Assembly (NCBI GenBank): GCA_000320545.1
Contig: ADNK01001817.1
Span: forward strand, 62,001-126,000
Origin: Bigelowiella natans CCMP2755
Lineage: Eukaryota > Protista > Cercozoa
Direction: 5' to 3'
Length of the DNA stretch: 64,000 bases
Every line of letters begins with the position of its first letter. The stretch's first letter is position 1. This document shows, one piece after another, positions 53,983-64,000 of this stretch. A program made the position numbers and the translations under genes. The notes beneath the pieces are model-generated. The model was not told the origin of the DNA, did no database searches, and was given only the letters and a program-made list of their open reading frames with translations.

Positions 53983-55157
53983 CTAATCCTGTTCCAACTT
54001 CGATTTTAGAAAGTCCATCAATTCCGGAAATGTTCCCTGTGGTGGTTAGACAAGATATTGCAGCAGTAAGCTTCTTCTTAACTTAGGCTTGAAACAAAGT
54101 GTAAGGTCTACATTTACCTGCAAGAATGTCCCACGGTCTTTTAAAACAATCAGCTCCGCGTTTGCATTCGCCGCAACATTTCGGGCCTCTTCAATCTTTC
54201 CAAGGGGATCGTCAACGCTGATGCGTGCAGTACGGGTAATCATTCCCTGGTAGCGCATCCTTACACATCTAATGCTCAATGTGGTTGGTTCGGTGTTGTT
54301 ACTACCTGTGGAATTGAACGATGAAGTCTGTATTCCCTCGTATACTTTCCCACCGATATAGTCTTCCATGTCTTTCGCCTTATTGACGTTGGGGTGGGGT
54401 TAGAGGAGTGCTTGATTGCATGTTAAAATAATATTCTCTCTCCTCCTCTCTATTTTTTCCTAACGTTCTCATTCGTTCGACGGTTTAGCTGTCATTCACT
54501 TACCAGCGTAGTACTCATCCCCTGGTGTGGCAACGAGAATGACACCTGCAACCCTGTGATCCTCGATAAATCTCAAGACAGCTTCTGCACCAGACATATG
54601 CCCAATTAATACAGTATTCTCATCAGGCTGGAACTCACGCATAGCATCGATCCAGATCCTCTCCCATCTTTTTGTCATGGTGTGGTAAGGATTCGGAAAG
54701 TCTTCCATCAATTGGACTTCTGTAGTTAGGATAAGATCAAACATATGCAGATGAGTAAGATGGCTCAGGGTGAAGCGCTCCTTACAGCATGAACAGGTTT
54801 GCAGATGTCTCCAAGATATCAACCTGTGCGCAAATGAGAGCCGAGATTCCGATACCACAGAGATGAGTCGTCTTTATTCGAAGGGACGATGATAATTCTT
54901 TTCCGGGGTCCATTTGGCTTTTGCCTGACAACGAAATCACTGAAAGCCTTAAGTGGGCGTTCCGTTTCTCCTCCCGGTTTCGAATCCGGGATTTGGCATC
55001 TCGTGGACACCAGGGGGGTACTTAATCTTCGATGACTACCAGAAGGGGCCACAGCGATATTACCCGCAGTTGTCATCAAGGTGAGCATCCTGAAAACCGA
55101 AGAATGGCGAAGGAATGTAGGTGAATGCCTGCTACTTCGGCATGGCGGAGCAGCCAT
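53983..55157 (-). CDS. RBBP9/YdeN-family alpha/beta-hydrolase-like protein with apparently substituted catalytic residues
   Basis: Spliced IIIVPSN..WY, ENTVLIGHMSGAEAVLRF..VILVA, WESIRGNTDFIVQFHSVDDP and DRGTFLQGTFPEL. It has a long N-terminal organelle-targeting-like leader. Confidence 0.85.
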
Positions 55158-55555
55158 TGCAAGTTCCGTCCGGTCGTCGTCGTCGTCGGATTTTTCTTGT
55201 TGTTGTTGTTCTTGTTGTCGCTATTCTTCCCACATGCAGGTGATCTACTACGAAATATCAAAGTATATTTCCTTGCCAGATTGTCATTTACGATAGGATA
55301 TTATTATTGTCATTGTTCTTTTTAGATTTTGCTTGCTGCTCTTGTCGTAGGACACTAACCGTCGTTATTGGTACGAAATGAACCATCTCATGTGTAGAAG
55401 GGGATCGATTGGTATGTCGTACGAATGAATTCCACTGGATTTATACAGGAATTGAAGTTTTCTGCTGTTCATTCATTCAGTACCCTACCACTTCTCCTGC
55501 CACGAAGAAGGCCCCCCCCCCACCACACCATTTTCACGTCGTCGCGCATAGGACC

Positions 55556-57734
55556 ATGCGACGTCGTTTCCCCCTCCTACTTTCTGTAGGCCTTGCAGCT
55601 CTTGTCATGGTGGCTATGATCTACACTGGTAGTGCAGGTTAGTGAACCTTTGCCAACTTCTGGAAACGTAAGGTATTTCATAATTCTTCTCCTTGACTTC
55701 TTCCCTCCCCTAGGTGCTTCTTTATCCTTGGGAAAGGCAATTTCATCAAAAACGAAACCAGGTCTTCTGTCGTGGTCGGTACTACGTTCGCTCTCGGCTA
55801 GAAAGTCGTGTTCTCAAAAGACTAGACGGCTAACTAAGGTGCATCACCCTCCTCGTGCCTACACCAGTGGCTCCAACTTGGGGGGTGAACAGGGCCTTTC
55901 AGCCGTCATTGTAGGAGCAGGGGTTGGAGGTCTATCTGTTGCTGCGAAATTGGCAAAATCAGGGAAGTTTTCCAATGTAACCGTCTTGGAGAAAAACCCA
56001 GAAGCGATTAGCGGTGCTGGACGCCTTGCTGAGATATACTTAAAGGGTCCAGACGGCGGAAATTATAGATGTAGTTAATTAATTAGTGCTTTCATCCTAA
56101 ACAAATAGAGCTAAGCTAAATCAAATATTATTGTATGTATGGAGAATGAGTAGTGTGTTTGTAATCGCAGTTGAAACCGGACCAAGCTTGATGCTTCTCC
56201 CTGATGTGTATAGGTGTTGTTCAAATTACACCATTAACAAGCAGTAAGCAAATAAACTAATAAACAATTATGATATGAAATTAATAGGAGAACGTTCTCC
56301 AGTTTGGGGCTATCCTTGGACGATCTTGTCGACATTAAGCGCGTGATGCCTGCATTCCGAGTGCATTTTGCAGACGGGCCGTCCCTGGTTCTGTCTGAGG
56401 ATGAAGCGCTGATGAAATCCCAACTCGATGCTCTGGAACCTGATGGATACGAAAAGTATAAGCGATACATGGCGTCAGCTGATATAAATTTGGACGGAGG
56501 ACTTCCACTTTTCATTGAGAACGACTGGTCAAATGCATTAGAGCTGGTCCCAAAATTCATCGGCAACGCTCTCCAACATTGGCCTCTTAAGAGCCACTAC
56601 GCAAGCTTGGGAGAGTTCTTCGATACGGATAAAATGAAAGCTCTCTTCTCTTTTCAGGATCTCTACATCGGGCTATCTCCTTACGAGTCACCGGGAGTAT
56701 TTAGCCTCCTGCAGTCTATCGAATACACCGACGGTATCTACTATCCTGTGGGCGGCTTTACTCGTATAGCGGATGAGCTCAAGAAAGCATGCCTTGATTT
56801 GGGTGTGAATGTCGTATATGATGCGCCAGTCTCGGAGATTAAGGTTGACCCAGATACCAAACACGCTAGCGGAGTAGTTTTTGAACGTGACGGTAAAACC
56901 GAATCGGCGAATGGGGACGTCGTCGTAGCAAACCCCGATCTCCCTTACGCCGAGAAAAACTTGCTGAAGCCACATGCACAGCGTCCAAATTTCGATAATA
57001 CTGAGCGGAACTACAAGTACAGCTCTAGTGTCGTGTCTTTCTGCTGGTACCTCCTTGTGATTGTGAGCACACACACACACACACACGCACGCACACACAC
57101 ACATAGATATAGAGGGAGAGAAAGAGATTATAAAAAAATTAGGTACTAATTAGAGGGAAGGACGACTAGAATTTGTTTTGATATTTGCATTGTATAATGC
57201 CGTGGATGGTTGTTCCTGTAAGCGTTGTTTCTCTTCTTCCTCCTCCTCTTCTTCCTCCTCCTCCTCATGTCGTAATTGTGCTGCTGTGACATAGGGCTGT
57301 GGATAAGCAGTATAGCAATCATCTGGCGCATCATTCGCTCTTCCTCTCGGATAACTACCGCAAAAGCTGGAAGGGAATCTTTGGTGAGAAAGACTATCAA
57401 GTAACGGATCTACTCAAGCGGGGCTACAAGGACTTTAACTTCTACGTGCATAGTATGTGCATGTGATGAAGCTGCTACTGTGTCGCACTGTTGCTCTCCT
57501 ACACTGATGTACCCACTATTAATAATAATAATAACCCTGTTACTATCACGGGAAACTTATGCCTCCTCGTATTCTCCTTTTATGTGTTATGTTCGATTTC
57601 GTCCTTCTTTTTCCTTCTTCTTCTTCATCTTCTTCCTCCTGTTAGCTCCAACCCGGACAGACCCCAGCTGCAGTCCTGAGGGCCATGATTCTATCATGAT
57701 TCTTGTACCAGCACCGGTGAGTGAGTAGATATAA

Positions 57735-57766
<32 letters not shown>

Positions 57767-58353
57767 TTGGTCTTCTTCCTCCTCCCCCTCGTCCTCCTAG
57801 CCTATTGACGAGTCGATGTCCAAGGAGCAGTGGGAATCCTTCGAAGAGACATTAGTGGTATATGTGTCGTTGTGCTCACCATTATTATCATTACCGTTTG
57901 CCTCTCTGTCCTTTGCTTTTTTTTAACAAATTGCCACTAGGAATCGCCGCATAAGTTTTTAAACAGCATGTGCATGAGCAAATTCACAAGAAAAGAATCT
58001 CTTTCAAATTTTGCCTCCTTCACAAGGACACTTTATTATACTACTAGCACACACGGCTGACACTATTCTCTCAGGAACAAGCCAGAGAAGGTGTTATCCG
58101 GCGGTTTGAAGACGCAGGCATGAGTGACTTCCGTGAGCACATCGTCAAAGAGTCGGTTCGCACGCCATCTGAATGGAGTAGTATGTACAACCTGAAAAGG
58201 GGAAGTGTCTTCGGCCTAGCACATCCAATGACGCAACTCTCGATTCTAAGACCTGGCCCTCGTCATCCGATCGTGGATAATCTGTCAGTCGTTTATTATC
58301 GCCCACTAAACCGATGATTGTGCTACTTTGCTAATGTCTTCTTTCATCGCTTG

Positions 58354-58384
<31 letters not shown>

Positions 58385-58635
58385 GAAGGACCGATCATCG
58401 ATTCATTCTTGTTATATGCCCTCCATCACCACCACCACTACTACTACCACAACTGCTACTATTTCTATTCTCCCTCATCACCACTTTTCTTCTTCTTCTA
58501 TATAGATACTACGTCGGTGCATCGACACGGCCCGGTAATGGAGTTCCTTTAGTCCTGATAGGTGCGGAGCAGGTTGCTGATCAGATGCTTGCAGATCTTA
58601 CTAAAACTATGGCAGCGACGGCTCCTGCCACGTAG
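55556..58635 (+). CDS. crtI: CrtI-family (bacterial/fungal-type) phytoene desaturase-like flavoprotein with bipartite leader
   Basis: VIVGAGVGGLS..VTVLEKN (FAD binding), ETGPSL, FSFQDLYIGLSPY, YPVGG, GSVFGLAH..Q...RP and YYVGASTRPGNGVPLVLIGA. A hydrophobic signal is followed by a Ser/Lys/Arg-rich segment. Confidence 0.88.
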
Positions 58636-59254
58636 TCACAACATTTCATCCAAACAGTAAACAATTCTAGAAAGAAAGTGCATGATTACAGGTCATCTTT
58701 AATATAAATAGCAGTAGCAAATCTATCGACTTAAAAATAGCGTTTAAGACTTTAATTTCTTGCTCTACAGCTTGATATGTTTTTTCAATATGCAGAACTA
58801 TGTTTCATATGATTATCATCCAACAAATTTTGTTGATAAAGCAGCAGCAACAATTGTAATATATGCATAGGTACAAATATCGTATGTTTATAGCCTGAAA
58901 CGAGATAGCTGTGTGTAGTAAGCTGCTACGCATACTTAAACTCATCTACATGCACCAGCTGTACTAGTGTGTCTAAATATTTTTGTTACTCGTATTGTGT
59001 GAATTAACCACATCATCTTGCTAGCTTGCGCCAGCATGCGATAGCTTAGGATGAATGTACATTTCATTGCGAATTTTACGTACAGCTTTATCATGGTATA
59101 AATATGATGTTAGCAATCATAAAGAAATAATAATCAAATTCTGCATGTACGCATGTAAGGCAGGATCTAAAGGTCTATTAAAACACCAAGTCAACTTGCA
59201 TCTGTGCGGCTCTAATCTAGCATACTAGCTAATGTATCCCATCGCTGTAAAAGA

Positions 59255-59465
59255 TTTAATCATATAATTACCTCCGTCTAATATTAGCGCTGTAGCCGCT
59301 GCATTGCACAGCTACATAAGGATGACCATTGAACAAATTTATTGATTAATTACACCCGTCTCATGACATGATTCATAAGTCTAGAAATATGCATGCGCAG
59401 CTTTGCACAGCTACATTAGGATGACAATTGAAAAAAAATAATAGATTCATTACATCTGTCTCATA
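59255..59465 (+). repeat. Two tandem copies (plus a partial) of the ~90-bp spacer repeat
   Basis: attagcgctgtagccgctgcattgcacagctacataaggatgaccattgaacaaatt..ttacacccgtctca, then gcagctttgcacagctacattaggatgacaattgaaaa..ttcattacatctgtctca. Confidence 0.9.
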
Positions 59466-59551
59466 TGCAGCACTCAGAATAACCCAGCAATTGCAAACAC
59501 ATAGAAATTACTAGCAAGACTTTGTGGATAAGTAGTGAAAATTTAGTAAAC

Positions 59552-60198
59552 TCACTGCTGCCGCCGCCGTCTCAACAGCTCAAATAGAACAATGCTTGCT
59601 GCTGTGGCAACGTTTAGGCTCTCAACATTACCCTCCATAGGAATTTTGACCCATTTGTCGACTAACGGCTCTACATCGTGAGAAATCCCGTCTGATTCGT
59701 TCCCAAGAATCCATCCGGAGCATAAACCCTTAGAGACCATCTCTTCGGAGAGGCTGTACAGATCCTTCCCATCATTCCATACGCAAATATTAGAGCAAGA
59801 TAGATCATGCATGCTTGGACTACACACGAGTTATCCTCATTGAGCGAGTGAGTGCGTAACATAATCGGCATCATCATGATCATCATCATCATTATCATCA
59901 TCATGAGCATCTCTACAGGTAGGCATGGAAACATAATATGATGATACTATCAATGTGGGACAGTAGTAGGCAGTATACACTAACGTACTACTACTAGTAC
60001 TCACAAAGATCATCTGTTTTGTTTCTTTCCCCTCCTCTCTTCTCTAACCGTACCTCTGCATCAGGCCTGCCACTCAGCCCTATCAACTGTACCCCGTTCT
60101 CTGAATAAACGATGGGAATTATGCGACAAATTCCATAAACACTTTTGTATTCATAACTTACGTGTTTGACGGTATTAATGTATCTTCATATATATGTA

Positions 60199-60237
<39 letters not shown>

Positions 60238-60772
60238 CGCGTATTTACGTGCCAGATTGTAAAAATAAACACACGCACACAAACTCTTAACCCAGCAGGT
60301 TAGAAATAGACTAGCAGCACCACTGCAGCCACATATATCTATAAACCTATATCTATCTTCCTATATTTCGATAGGATCATGCCACCATCAGTAAGTAAGT
60401 AAGTAGCAGCAGAAGGAACACGACCATGCAACAACTAACGTATTAGTAGTAGTATTAGTAGCAGCAGTTTTTCTATCACTCTATCTATCACCTCATCTCA
60501 CCTTTTAGAGTACGTGCAGCTTCATATACGTTATTGCAATGTACCATCCGTGCCCTCAAAGCAACACCAGCAGAGGCTTTGACCACCATTGGACCAACTT
60601 CGGGACAGCCCTTGCGGAGATATCAAGAAGAAGAAGAAGAAGAAAAAAAAGGTTACTATAATTACAATAATAATGAACAACCAAGCTTACACCATTATCG
60701 AAGCGTATATCGAACGAGCAAATCACTATTCGTGATAGCGCATAGACGAAGATCATCATGGATAGACCAGAG

Positions 60773-60810
<38 letters not shown>

Positions 60811-61465
60811 CATCATTATCAATTATGGCTTCTAAATACGTAGCAAGAAACCTTCCTCGGGATGATGATAGCGTGTGCTCCTGCAGCGGTTGCACTTCGC
60901 ACGATCATGCCTGTAATGATAAATGGCAGCATTTTCAGGCAGAGCAATGAATAACAAACACTAAACAGACGGATATGGAGGAGATATGTACCACATCTTC
61001 GTATATGCGCACATGCATGCATATATTCATTTTAATCCTTTCACATCAACTCTTCTGCTACTTTGCTGCTGCTGCTGCAGCTAGCTCAGTGCTCACCAAT
61101 ATTGTTGGCATTCCGAACATTATCGCAGATGATAATAGGACGCAGGGGCAATCCTTCACTTATGATCTCATTCACGTATTCGTCTAGAAACTCCTGATGC
61201 ATAAATAGACGTAGTATATCTTAGTTATAACCGTTCTATTGTGCACACAATAGTCCTCATTGCAACTATTAAGGAGAACTGTAACAAACGGAATATTTCT
61301 TGTTCGAAAGGGAGATAGCTCACGATAAGATCTTCCGCCCCCCCCCCCCCCATCACCATCATCATCATAATCATCATCGTCATCACAACGTTCTGCACTA
61401 CTGCTAGATTCTTCCTATCAGCGAATTCTTTACATTTGTACTACTCTTTCTGTAACATTATTGGT

Positions 61466-61505
<40 letters not shown>

Positions 61506-61815
61506 TAGCACCTTTGGCTTTTCGATATCAAGGGCAACACCTTGATCCTGACGTGGGTTTCCAGATACGCCTGACGTACAATAGCAACAACAACATAATA
61601 ATAATATTAATCAAGTAATCAATTCATACGCATGGTGAAAACGAAAGCTACTATTTACGCAAATATAAACAACGACGCGGCTACTCCAGGTCACAAAAAT
61701 CAGATGTGCTCACGATATCATTCTCATTAATTGAATGAAATCAGATGTGTTCACGATATCATTCTCATTAATTGAATGATCTCTATACGTCATGAGGAGG
61801 AGACGGAAAGAGAGG

Positions 61816-61849
<34 letters not shown>

Positions 61850-63055
61850 ATGAAGAGAAAAAAGAAAGTAACACACAATCAAAAGCAACAAACGATGATG
61901 ATGTTAGTGTTACTACTGACGATTGACAGCATCAGCGCTGCATCTCTTCACTTTGATGCCTCTTTCATCTGCGGCTCGCAATATCTCCTGTATCAGCTCT
62001 CCACGCACCTGAGTAATAAAGCGACATCATCATCATCATCATCATTATTTTACTACTACTACTACAACTACTACTACTACTACTACTACAACTACTACTA
62101 CTACTACTACGACTACAATGACTACCCCCCTCGCAATGACAAGCTTGTCAACTTCGATATTGGGATCCATCAAAGCCTCTATCACTGGTTTCCGACCGTA
62201 TAATGTGATGAATCTATCGCGCAAGTGCATAGAAGAAGAAGAAGAAGAAGAAGAGGAAGTAGTAGTTGTAGTTGTTGTTGTAGTAGTGCCTCGAGGAAGA
62301 AACCCAGATTTATTGCGTTGGTCCACTCCTTCTCCGTTGTTATTTTCTTTTGGACTCCTTCTTCCTCCTCTTCCTCCTGCTACTATTTCCTCAAATAAGC
62401 CTCTGTCGTAGTCATCATTGAGGTTTTGGCTGCTGCTACCCTCTTGTAGATTCGCCATTGATTCAAGTAAAGACTTTTTCCTCCTCCTTATGTCCTCATC
62501 TGCGCTGCCGCCGCCACTGCTACAGCGTTTCTTTCCCTGATAGATTCAAAATAAAAAATAATTTGTGGTTAAATTTGTTCAATACAATGCGGATGTGAAA
62601 CGATATCGACAACGCTAAGAGGCGAAGGCGTTACACAGCATACTTCGATTAAGTAAGCAAACAAATTTTCAAAAGAAAAACATCGGTCGTGATTTCTCGC
62701 TTCTCATTCCTCTGAATATTTCTAGCTTCTTCTTCAAACACGATGGCATTTTCTTCTCATTTTGGAGACTATTACGTGAGAAATGCAGTTCCTCCTATGA
62801 TTCCTCCTCCTCCTGTGCGGTTGTCGTTTTACCCATGTCCACTCGTCAGCTAGAGCCTTCAATGATCTTACCGAGGATAACGATGACGACGGCATTGCTT
62901 GTTGAGAAAATACAAGGTTGGCTTCTTGAGGTACAGCGAGAATTCTTCTAAGAACAATATAAGAGATGCATTGGCATTGTGGTTTCTATAGGTTTTATAT
63001 TGCACGTAAGCTGCAGCTACATCGTCATCATCACCGGCAGCAGTAGAAATTGTGT

Positions 63056-63097
<42 letters not shown>

Positions 63098-63286
63098 TGC
63101 ACCGAACCGTGTGTGATGCTGCGCCGAGAGGGAAGAGGAGAAGGAGGAGGAGGATGGAGAAGATGAAGATGATGATGATGATGATGATGCTGACTCTAGA
63201 ATCAACATAGCAGCTGCTATCCTAACTATCACCGCCTTTGTGACGGTGATTGACCGATGTCTCCCTGAAAATAGATGCCTCGTCAT
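59552..63286 (-). CDS. SpoU/TrmH-family RNA 2'-O-methyltransferase (RlmB/MRM1-like), probably organellar; 5' end uncertain
   Basis: LYGRKPVIEAL, QDQGVAL, DNVRNANNIG|MIVRSATAAG, VVKASAG, ILGNESDGI and IPMEGNVESLNVATAASIVLFE. Confidence 0.9.
61697..61778. repeat. 41-bp direct tandem duplication in an intron
   Basis: aaatcagatgtg(c/t)tcacgatatcattctcattaattgaatg occurs twice with one mismatch. Confidence 0.9.
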
Positions 63287-63344
63287 TAGGCTAGACGAAA
63301 TGTTATGGGGGGTAGAGAGAAGCGGTTGTAGTGGAACTCTCCTA

Positions 63345-63383
<39 letters not shown>

Positions 63384-63635
63384 TATCCTTCGGCCGAAAG
63401 GAATATATTACCCGAGTCGACTGTATGTATTTTTTGGTTGCGACAATAAATATGACCAAGATATCGTAAAAACGACCTGTGTTTTTTCAACTTATCGCTT
63501 TGCGTTCGCTCGAACAGAACAACAGCCACGGCGCCACCCTACCTGACCTTATCTTTACCCTCCTACCTCCTGTAAGGAGAAGAAGAAACGGGGGGAAAGT
63601 GCACTCCCTGCCTCTTTCTGAGCACCACAGCAAGC

Positions 63636-64000
63636 ATGTCAGGCCCTGTGCTCGAGAGCCTCAACCGCCTTTCGGAGGTGAGAAGGACGAGAAATGCACC
63701 ACTGCGCACTGTGTTACATGCGTGCTGCTGCGGTCTTCGAACCGGGGGGGGTAGGGTTGCCAGAGATGATGATAGATGGTGGAGATTGCAATTAGAAAAG
63801 CGAATTGTCAAAATTTGAGAGCAATTGGATCTTGTATCAAGCACGAATTACGCAGCAACTCTTCTGGAGGCCAGATTTGCGCCGCTCTATAAAGCTTCTG
63901 CCTCTATAAACCTTCTTCTCCTTTCAGGTGTCCCCCCGATCCAGACTGGAGGCATGCGCAACTCTCCTGGCTACGCTTCGATCCGAGGCAGATAAGAGAG
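63636..64000 (+). CDS. Probable 5' part of an unidentified gene running off the window
   Basis: ATG MSGPVLESLNRLSE|gtgaga...ctttcag|VSPRSRLEACATLLATLRSEADKR. Splice sites are plausible, but I recognise no domain. Confidence 0.4.

Noticed and set aside
236-59465. Spacer repeat as a CRISPR array, tRNA or snoRNA
   Set aside because: The copies are dispersed and degenerate with no regular repeat-spacer period or cas genes. I see no cloverleaf and no convincing C/D box pair.
5011-63378. Many dinucleotide runs have a similar length of ~30-36 bp
   Set aside because: This could be collapse or capping during assembly, so it cannot be read as biology without long reads.

Overview
This is eukaryotic nuclear DNA with spliceosomal introns, the standard code and microsatellite-rich introns. 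Signal-peptide plus transit-peptide leaders suggest an alga with a secondary plastid, possibly a chlorarachniophyte (inference only). I reconstructed 13 protein genes by hand, plus the likely start of a 14th: CHD1-like remodeller(-), KIF12-like kinesin(+), Ku70(-), 2OG-Fe(II) oxygenase(+), TRAP-beta(-), BCAS3-like(+), BRD8-like/AP2 protein(-), ValRS(+), secreted alpha/beta-hydrolase(-), PA14/filamin protein(+), RBBP9-like(-), CrtI-like(+), SpoU methyltransferase(-), unknown(+). The most striking signal is architectural. Gene orientation alternates strictly, giving seven head-to-head pairs with short divergent gaps. The longer tail-to-tail spacers are rich in TAGC/TGCA/CATG words and carry a degenerate ~90-bp repeat that I saw nowhere else. 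The repeat copy at the left edge lies in a TpA-depleted tract with TA->TG/CA transitions. Exon boundaries are manual and approximate, and no database searches were run.
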